From contig CATNEN010000038.1 of the NCBI GenBank assembly GCA_950097015.1, forward strand, positions 17,608,001 to 17,672,000: 64,000 nucleotides of DNA, read 5' to 3'. Under the pieces are notes generated by a model. That model had not been told where the DNA came from. It ran no database searches and was given only the letters and a program-made list of their open reading frames with translations. The stretch is from Macrostomum hystrix. Taxonomy: Eukaryota; Animalia; Platyhelminthes. A program made the position numbers and the translations under genes. Shown here in pieces: positions 11,181 through 22,990 of this stretch; the first letter of the stretch is position 1, and the number at the start of each line of letters is the position of its first letter.

Positions 11181-14100
11181 ATGAGCTCGAATGAAAAGAA
11201 CCTGATTGGTGTTTACCAGTGTCACCCGGAGGATGACATAAAAAACTTGAAAATAAGGTACGATTGTCCTTTGCATGTTTTGTTTAATTAAAAAACTATT
11301 TTTCGTGAATCTAACTAAGAAAATTGAAATAATTTATGCATTTTTTTAATTCACTAGAAAACAATGGCTTTGATTTGGTACATTTGATTCAAAAGCATAG
11401 CATGACACTTAACTGCCTGGCTTGGAAACTTTGATGATTTAGCATGTTAGAAGTATTTTTGGAAGCAAAAACCTTTGTGGTTCCGTTTACTTTTACTTTT
11501 ACTTTACTTTGACAAGTAAAATTCATTCGTTACAGAAACAGTTGTAGAAAAGCATAGCTTAGAGAATTAGTTCAAAAAAAGCTTGAACTACGTTTGCTTA
11601 CTCTATTAGAAGAAAAAGAATCTACGTATGAATACTTCAATGCATTTTTTAGAGTCAAAGTATGGAAAATAACAACGGAGAAAAATGAAGAGGAGGTATA
11701 CGACTTCAAGTGGCAAGAGAAAGTGTTTAGTATGAAAGAACTCGACAAGTACAAAGACGTCACAGAGGCGGACGCCACCGATCACGAAAAGCGGTGTAAA
11801 AAGATTCTCGATCAATGGAAGTAAGTGATTGTCATTGAATGTCGTTTGATATCGAGAACTCGTATCAGAATATTCTTGCTTGCCTATTCACAGGCAAATG
11901 CGACACAAAATGCTGAAGGATCACAGGCTCTACTCTTTGGTAGATGATGAGATAGCATTAGAGAGTGAAGAACAGGTAACACTTATTCTTGCGACGATAT
12001 TTCCAATGAAAATATTATAGGTTAAAAAGCATTTGCAAAACTATTCAATTAAGTTATAAAAATCATGGCCAGGATCGTCTGACAGATTATGAGTTAGAGA
12101 GGCTGACAGCGACAGAGGCGGCTTTCAGAGAGGCTCAGCGAACGCAGTCGGACGACGCGGCAGTTGGTCAGCAGAGGTGAGGCAGCATTTACAATCAAAT
12201 TCTATCTACTCCTCAGATCTACTCATGATCTCTGGGTGAATCTACTCAGACTTATATACTGTGTGAATCTACACATAGTCTCAGTGTGAATCTCAAGGTT
12301 GTGTAAACCTCTGCGAGGGTTGCCCCAGAGCTCAATGGGAGCCAGGTTTGAAGCGCGGCAGGCGCAGCCGGATGATCAACCTGTCAATCAAGTTTCTTTT
12401 GCCCCCTTTTGTAGAAACGCCGCCAGCCAATCGGCAGCCAGTGTGCTCACTTCCAATCAGGACCGGGAGCAGTTCCTGCGCCAGTTCTTCACTTCGCCAA
12501 AGTCGCAGCGTATGCGGCTGATGTTCGATTATCGGCCAAAGCTGCGCGACGAGGAGCCGCTGGCGGCCGCGGCTGCAGCAGTTGGCGACCCCGCCAATCA
12601 GCCAGCTGATCAGCTGGACACAACGCAAAAGCTGCTCTGCACAATCACGTACGACCCGCGTGATCGCATGCTTAGCCTACAGCCGGATTTCACAACGCAT
12701 CCGCTCATTGTTGGTGAGTCGCTAATTGGTGAATGCAAATTATCTAAATAATGAAATGACGATTTAAATTAGTCGTCGATTAAAACCAATAGGCAACTGG
12801 CGCTACACCATTGAGAACATTTCGACAAAAATGTCCGAAGCGGAACGCAATCGCGTCCTATCTCAGGAGAAAGAGGTGAGATTCTAAATAGCAAAATAAA
12901 AAAATGCAAAATCAATCAATAACAAAGACCACAGCCGCTTGATTTAACTCGCAGAGAATCAAGCTAAAAGCTGAGAGCAAGCAGATTTTTCGTCCAATCG
13001 ATTTCGAGATGCCCAGCCAACCATTGAGAGTGCTGATCCGGGGCGAGATTATGACCGCTCGGCACTTTGAGTACAATTATCTGTACGTGCACTTCTTTCT
13101 AGACTTGACGCCGGGTAAGTAGAAATGCTTGCATATAGTATAAAGACACTACTCAAGAACCGCTTGATGGGAGCACTGCTCAAGAAACACCTTAGAATGG
13201 GAGCACTGCTCAAGAAACACCTTAGAATGGGAGCACTGCTCAAGAAACACCTTAGAATGGGAGCACTGCTCAAGAAACACCTTAGAATGGGAGCACTGCT
13301 CAAGAAACACCTTAGAATGGGAGCACTGCTCAAGAAACACCTTAGAATGGGAACACTGCTCAAGAAACACCTTAGAATGGGAGCACTGCTCAAGAAACAC
13401 CTTAGAATGGGAGCACTGCTCAAGAAACACCTTAGAATGGGAGCACTGCTCAAGAAACACCTTAGAATGGGAGCACTGCTCAAGAAACACCTTAGAATGG
13501 GAACACTGTCCAAGAAACACCTTAGAATGGGAACACTGTCCAAGAAACACCTTAGAATGGGAACACTGTCCAAGAAACACCTTAGAATGGGAGCACTGCT
13601 CAAGAAACACCTTAGAATGGGAACACTGTCCAAGAAACACCTTAGAATGGGAACACTGCTCAAGAAACACCTTAGAATGGGAACACTGCTCAAGAAACAC
13701 CTTAGAATGGGAACACTGTCCAAGAAACACCTTAGAATGGGAACACTGTCCAAGAAACACCTTAGAATGGGAACACTGTCCAAGAAACACCTTAGAATGG
13801 GAACACTGTCCAAGAAACACCTTAGAATGGGAACACTGTCCAAGAAACACCTTAGAATGGGAACACTGCTCAAGAAACACCTTAGAATGGGAACACTGCT
13901 CAAGAAACTTACTCAGATAAAAACACAGCTCGAGATAGATGTCAAATTATTTTGTACTATCGTTCTAGAGATATTGAAAACATCTTTCTATGGACTACGG
14001 CGAATATATATTTCAGATTGGTACGTTACTCAAGCGGCCGGTTTGTCTGGCACAACTCAAATTTGTTCAACTAAGGTTGAAGAAGTTGTAAGTATTTATT

Positions 14101-17100
14101 AAAAACATATGCAAATAACCTATTTATGTGCTTGTTATACTGCTTGCGATTTGTTTAAATTAAGCATGGTTGTGTTTATTATTATTATTTTCTGCGAAAG
14201 AATTTCTACGAAAGACAATGAATCTGTGGAGTACATTATATCTGTTAAAGCTAGTCTACAAAATAGTCGATTTCTAATACCCTAAAAATTTAAGTAAATA
14301 AAATATAAATGAAAACAATACCAAAATTTATAACCGAAATGAAAATTTCCTTTGCCGCATGCATTTTTCAGCTCACGCCAATTGAAAGAAAGGTTTGAAA
14401 TTTGAGCACACAATTCACTATTTTTTAGAGTTTGCCTTTTTATTTTTCTCTCGCAATCAATCGTTTAGTTTTGATTATTGCCTTAATTTTTTAAGCATTC
14501 GCGTCTAGTCTTGTCGCCTGGGAAACCTGATGTCATTACCGAATATAGATTTTTGATTCACACACAATTATCAAATTATTAAAAAATGACATATTGATCT
14601 TCATTTATAGATTTTGCTGTGCATTTGCAGATCAAGTCCCACATGGCTTGAGAAATTAGCTTAAATTTTCTTTCAGGTTTCTTTAAAAAGCAAAAGGGGT
14701 ACCGCAGAAATGATGTTGTGACATTTTATCTTCTGTAACTTACTACAAATTAAGCTTTCGATCTTAAGATGCAAGCCACATTATTATTTTAGGATCATGA
14801 CTTACCTAATAATTCGCGACTTTCAGGACGATGTTGCGCACTTTTCGTATCCGTTTGAGTTTGAGCTGTTCTTTGAGCGCCTTGTACCAGCCGGAGAAGA
14901 CGGTGAGATACCCGATAGTAAATTATGGATTGAATACACTGAATGATGGATTAAGTACGCTGAATGATGGATTAAGTACACTGAATGATGAATTGAGTAC
15001 ACTGAATGATGGATTGAGTAGACTGAATGATGGATTGAGTAGACTGAATGAAGGATTGAGGAGACTGAATGATGGATTGAGTAGACTGAATGATGGATTG
15101 AGTACACTGAATGATGGATTGAGTAGACTGAATGAAGGATTGAGGAGACTGAATGATGGATTGAGTACACTGAATGATGGATTGAGAAGACTGAATGAAG
15201 GATTGAGTAAGACTGAAATTCCGATTGAGAATAGTTTACGTTGTCGACAGACTAGAAACTATTCAGTGAAGTTATAAAGTTTCAATCAAATGTTCGCGGG
15301 ACAGAAGTATTTATAAAGTTATCCCCATCATTCAATCTTCTTCCTAGACTACACATTTCCCCGCTGGCCAGTGATGTACTTCGAGGTGATGTCCCAGGAC
15401 AGTTGGACAAGGCACAGGACTGAGGGCTACAGCTACCTGACGCTGCCAGCTGAGCCCGGACCGCACGACTTTCGGCTGCAGTGCTGGCGACCAACTGGAA
15501 ACTCGGTTGTCTGCGAGCTCCGCCGATTCTTCATTGGTGAGGGTCCGGGGGACGTTTTTGCAACGCATTTGCTTGCACGGGGAAATTAAATTCTAGACAA
15601 AGCAGGATAGCATTTGTTGTCACCAGACCCGCAGCAAGTAAGGAGGCAATTCTGCCCATTCAGCTGATTCCTGAGCACACACGCAACAGGTGTGTTCATC
15701 TGTCCTGACTTTCTCATCATCAGGCAGTGTACACTTTCACTGTGCCTTGGAGGTTGGCCCTCAAGAGCATAACTTGCACGACAAGTCCTCAAGCCTTCTC
15801 TCAGCGTCTGGCCCCTAAATGAATGTGGCCTCGCCGCGGAATCGAGCTCAGGGACCTTGGTGCGAGAGGCACGCGCGTTAACCGCTCTGACTCTCACCCC
15901 ATTGGCTATATTTTTGTTGCTTATCTTCTGAAACAAAAATCAATTTTCTACATCTCCAGAACGTCGATATATTCAAAGATTTTGCCAGAGAACCTGTACA
16001 CTGTCTCCCGTAAGCACAAATGTATTCATGCAGTAAACCCATGTACTCTAATAAGCACAGCACCTGAGTACAGTCAGCTCACGTTTCGAAAAAATGAGTC
16101 TACAAGCAGAGTTACTAGACCTTCAACGAGTGACACCATCTGACCGTACACACTCGCTCAGCAAACCACGGGTGTACACTTGGCCAGTTAAACCAAACAG
16201 GAGGCCGTCGACAAAAATTGTCTGGTAGATTTCTCCCCTTGGTAATAAAAAAGGCAAAAATTCTGGGTTTTTTTCTGACTGTTAAAGCATACCTAAACTG
16301 ACTTAAAATAGGGTGAGTGGCAGAGCGGTTAACGCGTTTGCCACTCGCACCAAGGTCCCTGAGCTCGATTCCGCGACTAGGGCACCTTGACTTGGGCCGC
16401 ATCCGCGGTACGTGAGAAGGCGTGGGGGCTTATTGTGAAATTCACGCCCTTGAAGACCAATCTATCTCCAAGGCAAAGTGAGTACTCTGCCTGACAATGA
16501 GAAAGTCAGGGCATATGTAAACACCTGTGTAAGCATGTGCCGGAGTATCTGTGTGCTCAGGAGTCAGCGAAATGCGCAGAATTGCCTCCTCGCTGGCTGC
16601 GGGTCTAGTGTCACCAAATGATGCGCCATTGCCCGCAGACCTCCTGCAATTATTATTTTTATAATTTTAATATATTGACTTACAAACTGATTGCCCATGA
16701 ACGCTGACTCACCGTCCTCGTCAGGTGGGACTCCCGAGCTGGAGGACAGCACATTCGCCAACGTGCCGACAGATTTCGATGGTACCCATCTAAGCAAGTT
16801 CGGCTTCAACACGGAGACAACCGGAGAGCTGACTGTGCGCCTGCACTCGATTCACCAGTCTGCCCGACTGGCCGAGCTCAGAGCCGCTAGCGCGGCCGGC
16901 GCAGCAGGTGGAGTCATTCAAGGCGGCGGCAAGTTCAGCGGCGACTTTGGTGGAGCTGCCGGACCTAGCTATCTGGATCTGCACAGGGCTCTGAGTGAGT
17001 TCGCTTGTACTCATACTCCTATTTTGGACTTCCGACCGAGAGATCGGACCGAGAACCAAATTTTTCAATTAGTGAATACACTTAATTCAAAAATGATTCT

Positions 17101-17734
17101 GTATACCTTCAAAAGATTCTGCAGCTTCTGGAGATTCTGTAGCTTCTGGCGATTCTGTGGCTTCTGGAGTTTCTGTAGCTTCTGGAGTTTCTGTAGCTTC
17201 TGGAGATTCTGTAGCTTCTGGCGATTCTGTAGCTTCGGGAGATTCTGTAGCTTCGGGAGATTCTGTAGCTTCGGGAGATTCTGTAGCTTCGGGAGATTCT
17301 GTAGCTTCGGGAGATTCTGTAGCTTCGGGAGATTCTGTAGCTTCGGGAGATTCTGAGATGCAGTAGCTTCGAGAGATTCTGAGATGGACAGATCTTTCAA
17401 AAATTGTATTTTTGTTTTATGGACAGATCGATTGTCGCTGAATACAGACATTATTTATGCAGTGACGACCCCATAGTGGTTTAGGTATAAAACTCAACTA
17501 TTCGATTTAAACCATTGAATTTCACGAATTGCCACAGCGGCCTTTCAACGGGCTCGCCAGCGTCTGCAGGATGCCAGGCGAGCCCACGCGTTCCTGGACC
17601 AGCAGCAGCAGCTGCAGCTACTGCAGCAGCAGCAGGCGGCGCTTAGCCGCGACGCAGAGGACGCAGAGGAGCTGATGCGAGAGTACAGGGAGTTGGCTCT
17701 GGCACCCGACGGGGCCGCGGAGTCAACCGCGTGA
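11181..17734 (+). CDS. MKS1: Meckel syndrome type 1 protein (B9/C2-domain ciliary transition-zone protein), isoform with last exon A, 591 aa
   Basis: Exons 11181-11257, 11653-11820, 11894-11975, 12073-12176, 12415-12713, 12793-12875, 12955-13114, 14017-14087, 14827-14902, 15348-15536, 16725-16994, 17538-17734; all GT-AG, in phase. Motifs WQEKVFS, LQPDFT, WRYTIEN, GEI..A..FEY..LYVHFF, VAHFSYPFEFE, WPVMYFEV, ELRRFFIGG.PELED, LSKFGF.TETTG, AFQRARQRL. Confidence 0.93.
13145..13910. repeat. Minisatellite, 30-bp unit (MKS1 intron 7)
   Basis: CAAGAAACACCTTAGAATGGGAGCACTGCT, ~25 copies. Confidence 0.98.
14925..15215. repeat. Minisatellite, 21-bp unit (MKS1 intron 9)
   Basis: GGATTGAGTACACTGAATGAT. 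Confidence 0.96.
15615..15900 (-). mobile_element. SINE family A copy
   Basis: Reverse complement of the 19210 copy (tRNA-like head, internal hairpin). Confidence 0.85.
16310..16660 (+). mobile_element. SINE family A copy, near full length
   Basis: Head GTGGCAGAGCGGTTAACGCG..CTCGATTCC; tail hairpin then (ATT)n. Confidence 0.88.
17113..17385. repeat. Minisatellite, 18-bp unit (MKS1 intron 11)
   Basis: GATTCTGTAGCTTCGGGA. Confidence 0.96.
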
Positions 17735-18284
17735 AATGTACTTTTCTATGCACCTGCAGAGCGTGTACTTTTATTTTCCTCTACTTATCTACTTGTCGAT
17801 TCTTTCTTCTCGTATTTTAGTGGCATTCCCCAGTCTTGAGGGGATTGTAACCAATTAGCTAGTGCTTTGGACTACTCAGTCCAAATTTTAAAATAGATAT
17901 AGCTTCTGGGTTAGAAATTACATAGTCCACGGACTAAAGAGTAAGTAAGAGCTACACGCAGCAATGGCTGCATTATATGCATCAATTGTGTCCGGTGTCT
18001 TACTATCAATCTGTTCTTTTAAAAAGTTTCTGCACTACAGGTCACATTACTTACTTACTACTTTCAACTCGTGCCTTCCGTTTTCGCGGAAAAGAAACCT
18101 AAATGATTAAATAATACAGTAATTCTATCACAAACTACAGACTTTTAATTAAGTACACTGCTTCCTCTTTGAAAAAATGCTTGCACCTTTTTAGATTTTG
18201 TTTGCCTCTTTCGATATCTAAACTACTTGTCCTAAAACCGATAATAACCAAATGCATCTAAAAACTCTTGTTCCTTCTTACCAG

Positions 18285-18556
18285 ACCGTTTCCGCGCCGC
18301 CCGCACCCAGCTGGTGATGGTGCAGAAGGCCTCATCTGGGGCTCTCATGCTCAGCCTGCAGCAGCAGCAGCTAATGGGTGGCGGTGGCGGGGCCGACACT
18401 CCGCCCCGGCCGGCGCCGAGACGACGCTTGAGCAGCGGCAGCGGAGCGGCTGCGGCAGCCGATGAAGACAACGCGCAGTCGCGCAGGGGTGTCAGCTTCG
18501 GCGGCGACACACTGACAGCCGAGTACATGCGGCAAATTCAGGCCAGGGAAGAATGA
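18285..18556 (+). CDS. MKS1: Alternative terminal exon B of MKS1
   Basis: Strong acceptor ttgttccttcttaccag; same phase (1) as exon A; begins (N)RFRAARTQL, similar to exon A (T)AFQRARQRL; GC-rich coding-like sequence to TGA at 18556; AATAAA near 18995. Confidence 0.7.
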
Positions 18557-19209
18557 TCGGAACCTTATTAAGCTCGGCAAGCGTATTAGAAATCGGTGCT
18601 GGACACCGAAAAATGTCATGTTATGTCTCTCACATTCGCTTGCTAATTGTTGATGCGTTTAGAAATGAATGACTAGGATTCATTTTTAACGTCATGTTGT
18701 AACTATTGACTAGATACGCATGTCAGTTACGGAAGGACTGACTTCGGAATAGAATAGTCACCAACAGCTGCATACGGATCTGGTCCAGAAAATCATTGTA
18801 TCACATAAAATATGAAACTTTATACATCGTAGTTGTATTATACTAGCCAGGAAAGAAACGTGCAAACCAACCTTTGACTCATGTCATTATTATTTCTCAT
18901 TAACCTTTTACGAAAGTAGTTACAATCAAGGCTATTACTACACAAACCCTAAATGTTTGAGTGCATTCAAAATATGTGCTGTTAAACTATACTTGAATAA
19001 ATGACAGTAGACAATTTTCTAAAAAAACATATATTTGCTAGTTTATTTTGTTTGCGGTTTCAGATGCTAAAGGAACAATTTATTTTTATTCTGTGATGCT
19101 TATGATGAAAATTCTTGAGAACCTAGGTGTATTTTGTTGCAAATAAAAATAAAATGCTTAATCCAAGAAATAGCACACCGTTAACTTGATTGGCTTAGCC
19201 TTGTATTAA

Positions 19210-19570
19210 GGGGGTCGGTGGCAGAGCGGTTAACGCGTTTGCCACTCGCACCACAGTCCCTAAGTTCGATTCCACGGCGAGGCCACATTTATTTGGGGCG
19301 CAGCCGCGGAGAGAAGGCTTGGGGGCTTGTCGTGCAATTTACGCCCTTGAGGGCCAACCTCCAAGGCACAGTGAGAGTGTACACTGCCTGACGATGAGAA
19401 AGTCAGGGCAGATGTACACACCTGTGTGAGCGTATGCCTGCGTACGGTATCTGTGTGCGTGTGTGCTCAGGAGCCAGCGAAATGGGCAGAACTGCCTCCT
19501 CGCTGGCTGCGGGTCTAGTGTCACCAATCTATGTGTCATTGCCCGCAGCCCTCCTGAAATTATTATTATT
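19210..19570 (+). mobile_element. SINE family A, full-length reference copy (~360 bp, tRNA-derived)
   Basis: A box TGGCAGAGCGG, B box GTTCGATTCC, two internal hairpins, (ATT)n tail; about 10 dispersed copies in the window. Confidence 0.9.
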
Positions 19571-19973
19571 TAGCCTTGTATTACTCGGGTCTGTGATAAA
19601 TTATGACTGACTGGGCGACGACCAATACAGACCATCATGGCCATGACTCCAAAAAAACGGAAACTGACGGTCAAAAAAGAAAATATAAACGTACAGTCAG
19701 TCATTCCGTAATACACAAATACAGGCCATAATAATTTTATGACATAAAAATACGTAAAAATGTAATCGTCAATACCAAAATAATGCATAGAGAACGAAAA
19801 ACAAATGCAAGGTAAATGATACAAGTAGACTGTCAAGTAAACTTTATCGTTAATTTTTTAATTAAAAAAATTTACCTAAAATATTTTATGAAATCGATTG
19901 GCCTACAATAAAGAAACAAAGAAACGGAAGCAAGAGCTGATGGCGAGAACTTCGTTCTGGAAAACGGTAAAGT

Positions 19974-21540
19974 TTATATGCCGGTGTCCTGGGAGAAGGT
20001 CGCCACAGTTTTCCCTCCTGACATAATGCAGTAGCCGAAACCAGAGACCGAGTTGATTTGCGAACCGTCGGTGAAGCAGTGTATTTCACGGGGTTGGCCG
20101 TGGTCACGTACTTCCTGGCGAGGCGGAATGCTGGTTTTGAATTTGAGCGGTGCGCACAGCGTCGACGGGATTCCGTCTGAGAGAATTTTGAGGCCTCCAG
20201 CTGCGTCCAGGTCCCGTAGGCTGAGGTCGCCGTGGGGCCGGAGGTTCCGCTTGGTGAAGGCAAGTTGCTTCCGGATGGAGACGCCCGCGTCCAGAAGACG
20301 ACGAGCCGTCTTCATCGCTTCCCCTTTGATAAAAAGATCTAAAGGGGGAAGGTCCAGGAAGGCATTCATGCCAGCGAAGGGAGTGGAGGGTGCCGCACTC
20401 ATGATGGCTCGACAAGCACGGCCCTGCACCTTGTTTAGGGCCTCCAGGACCCCTTTGGTCTCCAGGGCACTATTCCAGATGAAGCCGGCAAAAGAAATGG
20501 CTGGTCTTACAATGGTAGTGTAAGTCCACCATTGAGGGCGGGGGGGTGACGCCCCATGTAGCACCGAAGGCTCTGCGGATCTGCGCAAGTGTCGCGAGAG
20601 CTTTGCGAGTTTTGAGTTTGACGTGAGGTGTCCAACTCAGCCTGTGGTCGAGGATGACACTAGGCATCTAGTTTGCTTCTCCATGGCGATGGGTTTGTCA
20701 TAGAGAGAAGAGGCTCAAACCTGTTTCGCTTGCTGGTGAACATGATGGCAACGGTCTTGGACTCAGAGAGTTTGAGGCCGCAACTATGAGCCCAGCGTTC
20801 GGCACGGAGGATGGAAGCTTGCAGAAGGTCTCTAAGGACCGAGTGTGACGGTCCAGCCACCGTGGCGGTGACATCGTCAGTATAGCCGATTTTTTGGACC
20901 GGGTCCGGGTCAGGGCTGCAGAGCAGCTCGTCCATGACAATTTTCCAAAGGATCGGACTGAGAACGCCACCCTTAGGGCCTCCCTTCTGGACTTTCACAG
21001 AGCGGGAGTGGCCAAGCAGGTGCGAGGTGGCAGTTCGGTGAGAGATCATACACATGATCCAGCGGTTGAGGTGCTCGTGCGCAGCCCGGCGCTCCAGGGC
21101 TCGCCTAAAGGCTCCGATGAGCACATTGTCGAAGGCACCGTCAGTGTCGAGGGAAAGCAAGAGAGCGAAACCAGTGCCAAGCACGGCGCGCTCTAGCTTG
21201 TCGACAATGGCATGCAGAGCACTTTCGATCCGGATCGAAAGGCGTGCTGGTTGGCGGAGAGCGGGGAGTTCCTCAGCTCAAGGTGAAGGAGGCGCCAAAG
21301 AACTAGCCTTTCAAGCAACTTAAGAAAGAAGATCGATGTTAAGCTGATGGGGCGGAAGGCTTTGGCAGAATGGTAGTCTCCCTTCCCAGGCGATGGTGGC
21401 TTCCTGCCAAGACCTGGGTACGTAACCGAGGGTGATACAGGCCTTAAACAGGTTGCAGAGGAGGCCGAGGAACCTCGCCATTTTTCACCGCTTCATACAA
21501 GAAGGCGGGGTAAATGTTGTCAGGTCCAGGCGTCCAGGCG
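19974..21540 (-). mobile_element. Decayed non-LTR retrotransposon fragment, RT + RNase H (LOA/Lian-, R1-group-like)
   Basis: Frameshifted pieces: FRPISL, LSLDTDGAFDNV, KGGPKGGVLSPILW, GYTDD, RLSWTPHV, YTTIVRPAISF, VQGRACRAI..A..STP, CFTDGS (RNase H). Truncated at both ends. Confidence 0.88.
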
Positions 21541-22527
21541 ATCTCAATGTTTTCTGCAAACTTTATAGACAGCTATATCAATCTTTATCATAACTCCGTA
21601 AACGCAATTCTATCGTCAGCCCGCTGCTACCTATATTTAACACGATTAGTGAGACACCGACCTCGATGCGATAATCACAATAACACCTAGCCTTGAACCC
21701 TAAGGTTTTGTCTAAAATCTGGCTCATTCTTATTCTGCTCAAGATACCGATTCTAATTGAAGCAGTCCATCGTCAGAAATCGTCAGAATGAATTAAGTTT
21801 ATGCGCATATCTCGTATCAACGCAGGTGCGTAATTGTTGCGTATGCGTGTTTTTATTGCACACCAAAATATTAGGAGCTTAAATAAAATATTATTGTTTG
21901 CAAATTAAAACGTTGCTATGTGAACTAATTTTAGGCGTCAATAATTTACACACTAATAAAAATTGAAAAGCATTAATTTTAGATCTTTAAATCATAGTAA
22001 ATTACGAAAGTATAGCCATGTTAGCGAGAACAAATCGTGCAAAACTAAAATAAGGTTATGAATTAACGCATGAAAACTGCGAGACTGAAAATCTTCAAGA
22101 AAAAATATCTACTTGATGGAAGATGAATTGTAAAAAGTAACACAGAGTTCAATTATCTATATACGAGTATAACTTTTCAAAAAGCTTTTCGAAACAACAA
22201 AGAGGCTGATTTAAAAATTAAAGTAAAAATTAGAACTAAATGTTCCTTAATATTGCTGCAAAAAATGTATATACTATCCCATTAACTGCAGTGGCAACCA
22301 ATGCCATAGAAGTACACTCGACCATAGACAAAAAGCCAACCAAGTGACGAATTACATTAAAAATCAACCATAGGCTTACAAAACGCTCGAGTTTAGGATT
22401 GAAGCTAAAAGTGAATTGAATTTTAAGAGAAGACCTTGAAATGAATTACTTAGCTTGGTTTATTTTAGTCTATGGCCATGATAATTCAACCGAAGAATGT
22501 ATTTATTCTCCACATGATTGTTTTTTT

Positions 22528-22640
22528 AGGGCGCCACTGCCACGGGTGCGCCAGTACTGGGGGCGCCACATAGAATTGTTAGTCGATTAGGCCCCCCCTA
22601 ATCGCGGCTCCCTTGCCCCCCGCCTGGTTACGCCCTATAG
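22528..22640. mobile_element. Solo terminus of a non-autonomous DNA transposon (hAT/MITE-like)
   Basis: Repeated GGGCGCC subterminal motifs ending CCTGGTTACGCCCT; matching other end not found. Confidence 0.4.
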
Positions 22641-22744
22641 TACTGTATAAAAACAACATTCCGCACTGCTTCAATTAACAAGGCTGTGTAAAATGGGTAA
22701 TAATCCGTATTAGCTGCACCATAAGCCTCAAGCCTACGACTTCC

Positions 22745-22812
22745 GGGCGGAATCGAGCTCAGGGACCTTGGTGCGAGGGGTAAACGCGTTAGACCGGTCT
22801 GCAACTCACCCT
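22745..22812 (-). mobile_element. SINE family A head fragment
   Basis: GGAATCGAGCTCAGGGACCTTGGTGCGAG shared with other copies. Confidence 0.7.
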
Positions 22813-22990
22813 GTCTAGCATTAATATTATTAAAAGGCTTAAGGTAATTTTTTGCGATGATATAGAAAAAAGAAATAAGCATGTTGAGGCTTTATCCTTT
22901 TAGGATAGAAGAAAAACTGTTTTTTTCGAGTTCAAATTTAACAAAACGATTTTTTTGTTTCTAATTCAACAGTTTTAGAAGGATTAAGGA

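Noticed and set aside
12771-12783. Apparent in-frame stop in MKS1 if the acceptor at 12772 is used
   Set aside because: The acceptor at 12792 gives an open frame (GNWRYTIEN); no readthrough or pseudogene call is needed.
13049-14102. ORFs with 10-aa repeats
   Set aside because: 30-bp intronic array; only 14017-14087 and the exon ending at 13114 are real MKS1 coding sequence.
19210-19285. tRNA genes at SINE heads
   Set aside because: A and B boxes are present but there is no complete cloverleaf; heads vary between copies and run into a common SINE body.
20053-21323. Plus-strand ORFs over the retroelement
   Set aside because: Antisense shadows of GC-rich RT sequence.
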